A stretch of 64,000 nucleotides of DNA. Source: an uncultured bacterium (GTDB lineage: Bacteria; Verrucomicrobiota; Verrucomicrobiia; Limisphaerales; UBA8199). Where the stretch lies: NCBI GenBank assembly GCA_963749495.1, contig CAVVMW010000007.1, positions 170,570 through 234,569 of the forward strand, given 5' to 3'. Below, one piece after another: positions 40,868 to 51,401 of the stretch. Under the pieces are notes generated by a model that saw only the letters and a program-made list of their open reading frames with translations, did no database searches and was not told where the DNA came from. The translations under genes were made by a program, and so were the position numbers. Within the stretch, counting starts at the first letter, position 1; each line of letters opens with the position of its first letter.

Positions 40868-41896
40868 ATGACCTCCCGCGAACGAGTGCTGGCCGCCCTG
40901 CGGCACGAGCAGCCCGATCGAACCCCGCGCGATTTCTGGGCCGAACCGCCCGCGTTGCGCCGGCTGCTGGCCCACACCGGCGCTCCGGATGAGGAGCGCC
41001 TGCTCGACAGCCTGGACGTGGATGTGCGCCACTTGGATGCCCCGGCCCCGCCCGAGCGCGGCCTGGGCAACGGCCTCTTCCAGAATATGTGGGGCGAGCG
41101 TTTCACCTTGGAGCCGACCCCGTGGGGACCGATGCGCCAGGATGTCAAAGGCGCGCTGGCAGGCGCCCGAAGCCTGGCCGACCTCCGGGCCTTCCCGTGG
41201 CCGGCGCCCGATTGCCTGGATCGCTCCGGCCTGCCGGCCCAGTGCCGCCGCTACTCCCGCCACGCCCTGCTCTATGGCTTCGCCGATGTCTGGCAGCGCC
41301 CCGCCCTGGTCCGCGGCTGGGAGGAGTTCTTCCTGGACCTGACCCAACGGCCCAACTGGGCCCACTTCCTCTGCCGCAAGTTCACCGACTTCTACCTCGC
41401 AGACTACACCCGCGCCGCCCAACTGACCGGCCGCCGCATCAACCTCTACCTGCTCATCAGCGACCTGGCCGGCCAGCAGGGGCCGCTTATCTCGCTGCCG
41501 ATGTTCCGCCAGTTCGTCGCCCCTTATCTCAAGGAGATGATCGACTGCATCCACGGTCTGGGTGGGCTGGCCCTCTACCACAGTTGCGGGGCCATCGGGC
41601 CGTTCATTCCCGAACTCATTGGGCTGGGTGTGGATGTCCTGGACCCGATCCAGCCTGCCGGGCCGGCGATGCAGCCGGAGTTCCTGAAGGCGCAGTATGG
41701 CCGCCGGCTTTGTTTCCACGGCGGCATCAATATGCAGAACCTGCTGCCCTGCGGAACCGCAGGCCAGGTCCGGGACGAGGTCCGCCGCTACTGCAGCGTC
41801 CTGGGCGCCGGCGGCGGCTATATCCTCGCCCCAGCCCACTTCTTCCAGCCCGACGTGCCGCCGGAGAACATCCTGGCCGTGTACCGGGCCGAGTAG
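40868..41896 (+). CDS. Uroporphyrinogen decarboxylase (URO-D/MtaA) family protein
   Basis: MTSRERVLAALRHEQPDRTP, YHSCG, GVDVLDPIQ, GGYILAPAH...DVPPENI. Confidence 0.88.
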   Translation: MTSRERVLAALRHEQPDRTPRDFWAEPPALRRLLAHTGAPDEERLLDSLDVDVRHLDAPAPPERGLGNGLFQNMWGERFTLEPTPWGPMRQDVKGALAGARSLADLRAFPWPAPDCLDRSGLPAQCRRYSRHALLYGFADVWQRPALVRGWEEFFLDLTQRPNWAHFLCRKFTDFYLADYTRAAQLTGRRINLYLLISDLAGQQGPLISLPMFRQFVAPYLKEMIDCIHGLGGLALYHSCGAIGPFIPELIGLGVDVLDPIQPAGPAMQPEFLKAQYGRRLCFHGGINMQNLLPCGTAGQVRDEVRRYCSVLGAGGGYILAPAHFFQPDVPPENILAVYRAE

Positions 41897-41915
41897 CAAG
41901 GGGCGAGGGACCCGA

Positions 41916-42018
41916 CCTTTGTCGCAACCTTTGTCAATATCTTTGTCGCAGCCTTTGTCGCAACCTTTGTCGGGTTGGGCATGCCTCGACAAAGGAGGCG
42001 ACAAAGGTTGCGACAAAG
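41916..42018. repeat. Inverted 12-mer CCTTTGTCGCAA / CGACAAAGG repeats
   Basis: Same family as 5288-5368. Confidence 0.85.
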
Positions 42019-42097
42019 GAGGGAATCGGGCGCATCTCGGCTTTGCCGGCTTTCCGCAAGCCGGGCGATCGGAGCGTGGCGTCGGGAACCCCGCAAG

Positions 42098-42178
42098 GTT
42101 TTGGACTGCGCCAGTCCTCTGGCGCTTTCGCGTCCCCAAGGTCCGAAAAGCGGCAGAGGACTGCCGCAGTCCAAAACG
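42098..42178. repeat. REP-like hairpin GTTTTGGACTGCG...CGCAGTCCAAAAC
   Basis: Near-perfect ~30-bp arms. Confidence 0.85.
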
Positions 42179-42265
42179 CTTCGCGACTTCGGACGCGCCC
42201 TCATGCCCCTCGACCCTCTCTGTGCAGACTTGACCCCGCCGCCCGAACCTGTCAACGATAGGTCC

Positions 42266-43570
42266 ATGTTCAGAATCCTACTCGCAGCGACAGCCCTCTC
42301 GCTGGCCACCGCATCGGCTCAAGACAGCCTCCACACCTTCAAGAAAGTGCGCCTCACCGACCAGTTCTGGGCCGAGGGCGCGGCCTTCGCGGACTTCAAC
42401 CGCAACGGGCACATCGATGTGGTGTCCGGGGCCTTCTGGTATGAGGGGCCCGACTTCAAGCAGCGGCACGAGATCTGGCCCGCCAACGCCAGCTTCAAAC
42501 GGACCCGCCCCGATGGCACGGTGGAAACCGTCCCCGGTTTCGAGGGGGCGCTGGGCACCAACAATGCCTACGCCGATTGTTTCCTGACCTTCGCCTACGA
42601 CATGAACGGGGACGGCTGGCCGGACGTGATCGTCTATGGTTTTCCCGGCAAAGAGGTGCCCTGGTATGAAAACCCCAAGGGCCGCCCGGGCCACTGGCAG
42701 CGGCATGTCATCTTCGATGAACTGGACAACGAGTCGCCCGGGTTCATGGACATCACGGGCGACGGCAAGCCGGAGATCCTCTGCTGCTCCAAGGGGTGCA
42801 TCGGCTACGCCCAGGCCGACTGGAGCAACCCCGCCGCGCCCTGGAAATTCCACGCCATCACGCCCAAAGGCAGCTACCAGCGCTACACTCACGGTTTGGG
42901 CGCCGGGGACATCAACGGCGATGGCCGCATCAATATCCTGGAAAAGGACGGCTGGTGGGAACAACCGGCCTCGCTCGCCGGCGACCCCCTCTGGATCAAG
43001 CATCCGTTCCACTTCGGCAACGGCGGCGCCCAGATGGCCGTCTATGATGTCAACGGCGACGGCCTCAACAACGTCATCACCTCGATCAGCGCCCACGGCT
43101 ATGGCCTGGCGTGGTACGAGCAGGTCCGGGAGAACGGCGCTATCACCTTCCGCGAGCACCTGATCCTCAACAAAGACGCCTCCAAGAACCGGTATGGTGT
43201 CCAGTTCTCCCAGGGACATGCCCTCTGCCTGATCAATGTGGACGGCGACGGGCTGCTGGACATTGTCACCGGCAAACGCTTCTGGGCGCATGGCAAATAC
43301 GGCCCCGACCCGGAGTCCGATGGGTTCCCTGCCGTCCTCTATTGGTTCAAGCTGGTCCGTCCCGCCAAGGGCCAGGCCGAGTTCCTCCCCTTCCGCGTGG
43401 ACGACGACTCCGGTGTCGGAACCCAGGTCATGGCTGGTTTCGTCAGCGATCCCCAACACCCCGACATCGTCGTCGGCAACAAAAAGGGCGTCTTCGTCTT
43501 CGAGCACCAGGTCAAGGCCGTCAGCCATGACGAGTGGGAAAAGGCGCAGCCCAAACCGATAAACCCATAG
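42266..43570 (+). CDS. Secreted FG-GAP/VCBS repeat beta-propeller protein
   Basis: Repeated DxNGDGxxD motifs, WYENP, DDDSGVGTQ; signal peptide. Confidence 0.88.
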   Translation: MFRILLAATALSLATASAQDSLHTFKKVRLTDQFWAEGAAFADFNRNGHIDVVSGAFWYEGPDFKQRHEIWPANASFKRTRPDGTVETVPGFEGALGTNNAYADCFLTFAYDMNGDGWPDVIVYGFPGKEVPWYENPKGRPGHWQRHVIFDELDNESPGFMDITGDGKPEILCCSKGCIGYAQADWSNPAAPWKFHAITPKGSYQRYTHGLGAGDINGDGRINILEKDGWWEQPASLAGDPLWIKHPFHFGNGGAQMAVYDVNGDGLNNVITSISAHGYGLAWYEQVRENGAITFREHLILNKDASKNRYGVQFSQGHALCLINVDGDGLLDIVTGKRFWAHGKYGPDPESDGFPAVLYWFKLVRPAKGQAEFLPFRVDDDSGVGTQVMAGFVSDPQHPDIVVGNKKGVFVFEHQVKAVSHDEWEKAQPKPINP

Positions 43571-43614
43571 GGACGGGTCCGACAGGTCAGACGGGTCGGA
43601 CCGGTCAGACCAAT

Positions 43615-46134
43615 TCAACGCCGGGCGGCCAGCGGCGCCAGCACCCGCAACCAGAGCGCCCGTTGCGGCCAGGGGGGCAAAGGGAACACCGGGCCGTCGT
43701 CGAGCGGCAGCGTGGCGATCGTGTTGAGATCCGGAGCATCACCGCGCAGGAAGACGCCGATGGGAAGGTTCAGGGCGGGGCCATCGACCTGGATTCGCAC
43801 CTCGTGGTCGGGCCCTGGGATGCCGGCCAGGAACCAGATCCAATTCTCCAGATGCCCCTCGCCTGCGGCGCCGAAGGACCCTTGGGACTTCGACACGGTC
43901 ACTGCCGCCTTCTTCCCATCCACGGTGATCGTGCAGGTGTTTGTCGCCACACCGGCGCTTCCCTCGCACAACACGCAAAGCTGTATCCCGCCGGCCTCCC
44001 CCACGCTCAAGCGGCCGCGCGCGACGAAAGAAACCCGCTCCTTCGCCCCGCCGTCCGGCGCAGTCCTGGAGGGGCCTGAGGCAGGCGGATCGTCTGCGGA
44101 GACGGTGCGTTCGAGGCGGGCCTCCTGGGCCGGGCTCCAGCGAACGATCGGCAGGGAATGCGCCCCCGGTCTGGCAGGCGGCTGGTCCGTGGGGACGATC
44201 TCGACGAACTGCGTTTCATCGGGCCCGAGCGCCAGGTCCAGCGGGGGCGTGCCCGGGGCCAGGCGCGCGATGACGGCGCGGCGCGGATAAAGCAGGCGCA
44301 CCTCCAGGTTGCGGGTGGACTCGAAGGGTTTGAGCAGGGAGATGCTTCGCTCTTCGATCCACGGGTTGCGCAGGCAATAGACCTGGCGCGAGGCGCCCAG
44401 GAAAGCGTAGCCGTAGGCCCGGCGTTTGGCGGGGTCGCCGCCGATGGGCAGCGGTTCGCGGAGGAACTCGCGGTTATGGCGCGCCCATTTCATCAGGTCC
44501 GCGAAGAAGCTCCAGGCAGCGCGGTCCATGAACTTGGGGTTGATGTAAGAGGAGATGAACCAGCGCCCGCGCCCCACGGCCATGGCGGCGTGGTTCTGGA
44601 AGGCGCCGGGGCATTGCACGATGATGTCGAAGCACTGCAAGGCGGCGCTGGGCATCAGGAACGAGGCGCGGCCCTCCAGGTTCTTGATGTCGCGGGCGGT
44701 GGTCAGGGACTCCAGGTAGTCCGGGGCGGGGCAGCGGCCATAGGGGCTGTCATCGCCGAAAGGGCCGATGATGAACGGCACGTGCATGAGCCACCACGGG
44801 CTGGGTTGATAGCCGAAGCAGGTGGGCTCCAGGGCAATGTCCGGATTGAACCGGCGCAACTCGTCGAAGACCTCCATCAGCCCTTCGGCAATGGGCAGGC
44901 GCGACTCGGCGCCGGTCTTGTGGCCGTGGCCGGCCACGTCGCACTGCGCGATGAACCCGTCGAACTTCATGTGGGCCAGCCGGGCCTCGCGGGCGTAACC
45001 CAGCGCCGCGTTCTTGAAGGCCGCCTGGTAGCGGCCGCCCTTGGCCAGGCAGGCATTGAGGCCCAGGCCCCGCTGCGGGGTGACCTCGTAGCCCGCGGCT
45101 TCAAGCCAATGATTGTCCAGCGCGGGCGGATAGAGGCTGCTGGGCGAGATCCAGAGGCCCACGTGGCTGCCCATGGCCTCGAGGGCCGCGCGGATGGGCG
45201 CGAACCGTTGCGGGAATTGGTTGGTGTCCATCCCCCATACGGATTTCGGGTTGGACCAGCCCATATCCAGGGCGTAGGAATCGAAGAAGAAACCGGTGGG
45301 CTCGTAGAGGCCCTTCCTGAGCGCGCCCAGGTTGCCCAGCACGAATTGCTCGGAAGAAGGCACGGGCGCCGTCCACCAGTCATTGTAGTGGACGTGCATG
45401 TCCTTGGGCTTGGCCCACACCGTCTCCAGGTAGCGCAGGAAGGCGCGGCGCAGGGCCTCGGGCCCGAAGGCCTCGCGGTCTGCGCGGGAGCAAGAGCCAA
45501 AGACGGCGCTGGGCAGCTCCGTCCACGCCCGCCCCACCTTGAGATAGGGGTGCTGGCCCAGCGAGAAGGCATCGCCCTGCACGTGGCACATCGCTGAGGG
45601 GTGTTCAATCCCCGCAAACAAGGCGTCGCCGAAAACCGGTGAGGAAACCGTCTCCGGCCCCACCAACTTGAAGTGCTCGCTCCCGACTTCGAGTTCGAGC
45701 AGGCCCGCCTGCTCGACAACCACCGGTTCGCCCGGCGAGCGCAGGAACGTCCGTATCCGCAAGGTCCGCCCATCCGCGCAGAATGAGAAGACCTGGCGCA
45801 CATCGAGCGAAAGCTCTGGCACGCTCGTCTCGAGTACGACCTCGTTGTCTTTCGCCCTCAACTGACTGAACCCGGTCTTCTCGAAGCTCGCCTGGCCCCG
45901 GCCCGCCACCATTAACCGCAGCCGCGGGCCGCCGATGGTCCAGCCTTGCTGGGCGGAGGTGTCGTTATAGCTCCTCCACTCATACCCCTGGCCGGTCCGA
46001 ACGAAAACCGCCTCGACCGCGTTGGCCCCGCGCAGCGTTGCGCCTCCAGTCTCCTGGGCCGCACACGCGCCAACGCCGCAGGCGCACACCACCGGCACAA
46101 TGCCGGCCCATAGCCACTGGAACAATCGTTTCAT
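43615..46134 (-). CDS. Secreted glycoside hydrolase-like protein (alpha-galactosidase clan TIM barrel)
   Basis: HYNDWW, YALDMGW, FPQRF, GLWISP, HMKFDG motifs. Confidence 0.65.
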   Translation of the reverse strand: MKRLFQWLWAGIVPVVCACGVGACAAQETGGATLRGANAVEAVFVRTGQGYEWRSYNDTSAQQGWTIGGPRLRLMVAGRGQASFEKTGFSQLRAKDNEVVLETSVPELSLDVRQVFSFCADGRTLRIRTFLRSPGEPVVVEQAGLLELEVGSEHFKLVGPETVSSPVFGDALFAGIEHPSAMCHVQGDAFSLGQHPYLKVGRAWTELPSAVFGSCSRADREAFGPEALRRAFLRYLETVWAKPKDMHVHYNDWWTAPVPSSEQFVLGNLGALRKGLYEPTGFFFDSYALDMGWSNPKSVWGMDTNQFPQRFAPIRAALEAMGSHVGLWISPSSLYPPALDNHWLEAAGYEVTPQRGLGLNACLAKGGRYQAAFKNAALGYAREARLAHMKFDGFIAQCDVAGHGHKTGAESRLPIAEGLMEVFDELRRFNPDIALEPTCFGYQPSPWWLMHVPFIIGPFGDDSPYGRCPAPDYLESLTTARDIKNLEGRASFLMPSAALQCFDIIVQCPGAFQNHAAMAVGRGRWFISSYINPKFMDRAAWSFFADLMKWARHNREFLREPLPIGGDPAKRRAYGYAFLGASRQVYCLRNPWIEERSISLLKPFESTRNLEVRLLYPRRAVIARLAPGTPPLDLALGPDETQFVEIVPTDQPPARPGAHSLPIVRWSPAQEARLERTVSADDPPASGPSRTAPDGGAKERVSFVARGRLSVGEAGGIQLCVLCEGSAGVATNTCTITVDGKKAAVTVSKSQGSFGAAGEGHLENWIWFLAGIPGPDHEVRIQVDGPALNLPIGVFLRGDAPDLNTIATLPLDDGPVFPLPPWPQRALWLRVLAPLAARR

Positions 46135-46170
46135 TCTTCAGCTTTACAGACAGATCATGCCCGGGACCTC

Positions 46171-46413
46171 GGTGCGACTAAAACTTTTGGCCCCGAAGGG
46201 GCTTCCGACAATAGCCCAACGTTTCAACGTTGGGTTGGATACGCCGACACCCCGAGTCCCGAAGGGACGGCTGAGACCACGGAGGATTTCAGCCGTCCCT
46301 TCGGGACTTTGCGCATCTTCGCCCGGAGCCCAACGTTGAAACGTTGGGCTATTCTCAAATGTCCCTCCGGGACAAAACTCCCGGAACGCATGCCCGACAC
46401 TCTCAATCGCACC
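46171..46413. mobile_element. MITE/REP-like nested palindromic element, copy 2
   Basis: Ends GGTGCGACTAA / TCAATCGCACC, flanked by CTC on both sides; homologous to 7025-7293. Confidence 0.7.
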
Positions 46414-46445
46414 CTCGGCACTTACCGCCCGAGCAGGCGATTGAC

Positions 46446-47009
46446 CTACTCCAAATCGAACGACTCGGGATCCCACTCGCCGCACCAATCCAGCAATTCC
46501 GCGTTGGCTTTGGCGGAAGGATTTCGCAGAGCCTCCAGGAGTTGGTCATAGCCGGGAGGGCCGCCGCAATCGTCCGGCGGACAGGCGCGGGCGCCGGCCA
46601 GGCAGAGGGGATAGCGCCGGCCAGGCTCCAACGGGAGAATTCGTTCCAACTGTATCCCGTGCAGCCAGCCATCGCCGAAATCATATTCGTACAGGAGCAT
46701 CTGTCCCTTGCGGACCAGGACATCGCGCACAAGCGTGGCATCCTCGTCTTCCCCTTCGTGACCGAAGGTGCGCAGCGGCGGGCCGAATCCTCGAGGGGGC
46801 ATCCGGAATTCGTGCATGTGAGCGCCGCCCCAGCCCATCGCGCGCTGAATGACGCCGTGAAGCTCGCCGAGCGTGGAGTCATCTCGCACCACCACGCGGC
46901 GCCAGATCGGCGGCGCGATGTAGCGCAGGGTGATCTTGAGTTGGAGGGCATTCGCGGCGGGAGCCCCGAGGCTTGCTTTTCGGTGGCGGGCGGTGCTGTT
47001 GCGGCTCAT
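46446..47009 (-). CDS. Plasmid pRiA4b ORF-3 family protein
   Basis: QLKITL..IAPPIWRR, LH.VIQ.AMGW...H, YEYDFGDGW.H, G.RACPPDDCGG. Confidence 0.9.
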   Translation of the reverse strand: MSRNSTARHRKASLGAPAANALQLKITLRYIAPPIWRRVVVRDDSTLGELHGVIQRAMGWGGAHMHEFRMPPRGFGPPLRTFGHEGEDEDATLVRDVLVRKGQMLLYEYDFGDGWLHGIQLERILPLEPGRRYPLCLAGARACPPDDCGGPPGYDQLLEALRNPSAKANAELLDWCGEWDPESFDLE

Positions 47010-47148
47010 GCTGGTGGTATAGCACCGCGGCAGCGACCAAGGCAAGCACCGCGGGATGATTTCTGGCGCATCCCGGCGCCGCCCCCTTCCAGGAATCCCT
47101 GCCACAATTGCCTCGCGCCGCAGGCTCTCACGAGCTAAGCTCCGCTCG

Positions 47149-47490
47149 ATGAGCGACCCCCATGCCATCCTGGTGTTGATTTGCAACGCGGATGGCCAGT
47201 ACCTCGCCGACAGCGGCGGGCCAGGGGAGTTGACCCGGGACCGCACCCGCGCTGCCATTTTTGATTATCTGCGCGACCGCGTTGCCGAGCGGATCGAGGT
47301 TGCCAACCGCGTCCATGGAACTGCCTGGAAACCCGTGCTGGCGGACCCGCGCGAGGGTTTCGAGACCTGCGACCGTTGCGGCCGGCGCGTCTTCGCCTTC
47401 AATGCCTTTTTTGACGGCCGCCAGTTTCTCTGCCCCGCCTGCCGCGACTGTGCGCGCCCAGACCAGCCGTCACCGCGTAGCGGTGCCTGA
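47149..47490 (+). CDS. Small hypothetical protein with a C-terminal zinc-binding CxxC...CxxC
   Basis: ETCDRCG...FLCPAC. Confidence 0.55.
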   Translation: MSDPHAILVLICNADGQYLADSGGPGELTRDRTRAAIFDYLRDRVAERIEVANRVHGTAWKPVLADPREGFETCDRCGRRVFAFNAFFDGRQFLCPACRDCARPDQPSPRSGA

Positions 47491-47665
47491 TGGTAGCCGT
47501 GGACTTCCAGTCCACGGACCCACGGCCGCAATTCAGGCGCGTCGCGTAGCGACGCCTGAGAAACAGACATCCAACTTGTCAGGCGTCGCTACGCGACGCG
47601 TGACCATTCCCACGCCCTGAACCGTGGACCGAGGTCCACGGCTACCTTCACTGCGTCGCTACGCG
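47474..47665. repeat. Nested palindromic REP-like element containing the stop codons of both convergent genes
   Basis: CGCGTAGCG / CGCTACGCG ends; GTAGCCGTGGAC..GTCCACGG arms; inner CGTCGCGTAGCGACG pair. Confidence 0.85.
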
Positions 47666-50600
47666 ACCCAGCACGCCCCGGAGGTACTTCCCCGTGTGGC
47701 TGGCGGGCACGCGGGCGACCGCCTCGGGCGGGCCTTGGGCGACGATTTGGCCGCCGGCAGAGCCGCCCTCGGGGCCGAGATCGATGATCCAATCCGCCGT
47801 CTTGATGACATCGAGGTTGTGTTCGATGACCAGGACGGTATTGCCCGATGCGCGGAGTTTGAAGAGGACCTCCAGCAGCTTGGCCACGTCATGGAAGTGC
47901 AGGCCGGTGGTCGGCTCGTCCAGGATGTAGAGGGTGTGGCCGGTGGCCTTGCGGCTGAGTTCGGCGGCGAGCTTGACGCGCTGGGCCTCGCCGCCGCTGA
48001 GCGTGGTGGCGGACTGGCCCAGGCCGATATAGCCCAGCCCGACTTCCGCCAGCGTCGCCAGGGGGTCGCAAATCTGCGGCACAGCCCTGAAGAACGTCAC
48101 CGCCTCGTCCACCGTCATGTCGAGCACGTCGGCGATGTTCTTGCCTTTGTAAGTGATTTCGAGGGTCTCGCGATTGTAGCGGCGGCCGTTGCAGGCCTCG
48201 CAGGTGACATAGACCGGCGGCAGGAAGTGCATCTCGATCTTGATCAGGCCGTCGCCCTGGCATTTCTCGCAGCGGCCGCCCTTGACGTTGAAGCTGAACC
48301 GGCCGGAGCCGTAGCCGCGAATCCGGGCCGCCGGCAGGCGCGCGAAGAGTTCGCGGATATGATTGAACATGCCGGTGTAGGTGGCCGGGTTGCTGCGCGG
48401 GGTGCGCCCGATCGGGGTCTGGTCGATGACGATGACCTTGTCCAGGCGCTCGAAGCCCCTGAGGGCGCGGTGGGCGCCGGGCCGCTCCTTGGAGCCGAAG
48501 AACTTGCGGAAGAGCGCCCGCCGGAGAATGTCGTCCACCAGCGTGCTCTTGCCGGAACCGCTGACGCCGGTGACGCAGGTGAAGGCGCCCAGCGGGATGC
48601 GCACGTTGATGTCCTTGAGGTTGTTCTGGCGCGCCCCCAGCACCTCCAGCCAGCCGCGCTCCTCGGAGGGTTTGACGCGCTGGCGTGGGACGGGGATGGA
48701 GAGCTGGCCGTTGAGGTATTTGGCGGTGAGGGAGGTTGGGTGGGCCAGCAACTCGGGCAGCGTGCCCGCCGCCACCAGTTCGCCGCCGCGCACCCCGGCG
48801 CCCGGTCCCAGGTCCAGCACGTAATCGGCCCGGCGGATCGTCTCCGCGTCGTGCTCGACCACTATGACGGAGTTGCCCAGGTCACGGAGACCTTCCAGGG
48901 TGCGGAGCAGCCGGTCGTTGTCCCGCTGGTGCAGGCCGATGCTGGGTTCGTCCAGGATGTAGAGCACGCCGACCAGGCCGGCGCCAATCTGCGTGGCCAG
49001 CCGGATGCGCTGGGCCTCGCCCCCGCTTAGGGTGCTGCTTTCCCGGTCCAGCGTCAGGTAGCCCAGGCCCACGTCCTTCAGAAAGCCGAGCCGGGCGCGA
49101 ATCTCCTTGATGATGTCGCCGGCGATTTTCTCCTGGAACTGGCTCAACTTGAGACCCGCAAAAAAGCCGTCGGCCTGCTCCACGGACAAGGCGCAAAGGT
49201 CCATGATCGACAGGCCCGGGATAGCAGGTTGTTGAATCGGCTGCCCGGCGGCCTGCGGCTCGGGCAGGACCCGGCGTTCCTGGGCATCCCCGGCCCTCGA
49301 AGTCCCCACCAGCCGCACTGCCAGGATCTCCGGCTTGAGCCGCCGTCCGTTGCAGGCATCGCAGAATTGCGGGCTCATGAATCCCTTGAGCCGGTTGCGG
49401 GTGAATTCGCTCTGGCTTTCGGCGTAGAGGCGCTCCAGGTTGGGGAGCACCCCTTCGAACGGGCGGCTCACCGCGCTCATCTTGCCGGCGCGCCAGAAGG
49501 TGAACTCGATCTGGGCCTGGCCCGAGCCGTGGAGCAGGACTTGCCTGAACTCCTCCGGCAGGGACCCGTAAGGCGTCTCCAGCTTTTGCCCGTAGTGGCC
49601 GGCCACGCCGCGCAGCAGGGCCTTGTAATAGACGACCATCCGCTTGCCGCCGCGCCGCCAGGGCAGGATGGCCCCTTGTTCGAGCGACTTCTCCGCGTCG
49701 GGCACTGCCAGACCCTCGTCAAACACCAGTTTCTGGCCCAGTCCATGGCAGACCGGGCAGGCGCCCGAGGGCGCGTTGAAGGAGAAGTGTTTGGGAGTGA
49801 ACGGCTCGTAGCTCTTGCCCGTAGCGGGGCTGAGATTGCGGTTGGAGTGCAGCGTCTCGATCCAGGCCGATTCGACTGTGGACTGCCCGTCCTCTCCTCC
49901 CTCCGCAGTAGCTCTGCTACGGAGGACGGGCGCAGTAGCCCTGCTACGCCCGTCCTCCGCAGTAGCCTTGCTACGGAGGGAGGAGAGGGTGGATGGACTG
50001 TGGACTGTGGACTGATTCGGACTGGATTGATGGATTGGTGGATTGATGGATTGGTGGCAGAGCGCGTCGGACCGGGAGACTGTGGACTCTGGACTCTGGA
50101 CTGTGGACTGTGGACTCTGGACTGTGGACTGTGGACTCTGGACTGTGGACTGTGGACAATGCAGCGTCAGCATCACGCCCTGCCCCCAGCGCAGGGCGGT
50201 CTCGACCGAATCGCTCAGGCGCACGCGGATTTCTCATCGATGACCAACCGATCCACGACCGCCTCGATGGTGTGCCGCTCCTTGGGGTCGAGCTTGATGC
50301 GGACGCCATTGGCCAACTCGACCAACTGGCCATCAACGCGCGCGCGGACGAACCCCTCTCGCGCCAGGCGCTCGACGACGTCCCGGAACTCCCCTTTTTG
50401 GTTGCGCACCACCGGGGCGAGCAACATCACGCGCGAGCGCGCGGGCAAGGCGAGGATTTTGTCCACGATCTCGCTGGTCGTCTGGCGGACAATCGGCACG
50501 CCGGTCTCCGGGCAAAAGGGCTGGCCCACATGCGCGTAGAGCAGGCGCAGATAGTCGTAGATCTCGGTGGTGGTGGCAATAATCGAGCGCGGGCTGGAGC

Positions 50601-50877
50601 CGGAGCTCCGCTGCTCGATCGCGATCGCCGGCGAAAGCCCCTCGATGTAGTCCACCTCCGGCTTCTGCATCTGGTCCAGGAACTGCCGCGCATAGGCCGA
50701 GAGCGACTCGACATACTTGCGCTGGCCCTCGGCGTAGATCGTGTCGAAGGCAAGCGACGACTTTCCCGAACCGCTCAACCCGGTGATGACCACCAGCTTG
50801 TCGCGCGGGATCTGCAGCGTGAGGTTCTTCAAATTGTGCTCACGCGCGCCGCCTATCCGGATGAATTCTTTGCTCAC
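47648..50877 (-). CDS. uvrA: Excinuclease ABC subunit A; 1-nt frameshift near 50230; in-frame repeat insertion
   Basis: [64 protein letters not shown] lacks one A for the expected EKIRVRL. Confidence 0.95.
49870..50158. repeat. Heptamer/octamer repeats (GTGGACT, CTGGACT, TGGATTGR) and GTCCTCCGCAGTAGC...GCTACGGAGG palindromes inside uvrA
   Basis: Directly visible; reading frame preserved. Confidence 0.9.
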
Positions 50878-50992
50878 CGGCCCGAATTGTGCCTGCTAAA
50901 CAACCGGAAAATCTACCGGAAATCCTCCCCGGAAGCAAAAAGGAATGATTTGACGCGGGCTGCGGCAAAAACTAGGTTGTTCGCCGCTGGCT

Positions 50993-51071
50993 GGTGGTCG
51001 TAGCTCAGCCCGGTTAGAGCCCCAGATTGTGGATCTGGCTGTCGCGGGTTCAAATCCCGTCGACCACCCCA
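50993..51071 (+). tRNA. tRNA-His (GTG)
   Basis: G-1 plus GTGGTCG/CGACCAC acceptor stem, CCAGA-TTGTGGA-TCTGG anticodon arm, GGTTCAAATCC T-arm, C discriminator, encoded CCA. Confidence 0.97.
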
Positions 51072-51401
51072 TTCTGCCCGCGAGAGACCCCTTGTTGTCA
51101 GGCCGCCCATAAAGTGAGCGCTTCGCTCAGTATTTGCCTGTAAACCGAGGGCTTTAGTTCCTCCTCCACTTCGGTTACCGGGCTCTCACGCCGAGCTGCA
51201 GCTCGCTCAACACTCACAAACACCCACCCGGAGGCCTGCCTCTGTCCTGTGACGACAGCGCCTCCGGCCGGAGGGGGCCAGCGCGGAGCTCATGCAGTTC
51301 ACCTTCGGGGCCGCTTTGGATTCGCCGCGGGCCGCGGATTGTGGTACGTTCCCCGGCATGACAACAACGGCCGGCCAGCCCGGCCTTTCCGTTGACGAAC
51401 T

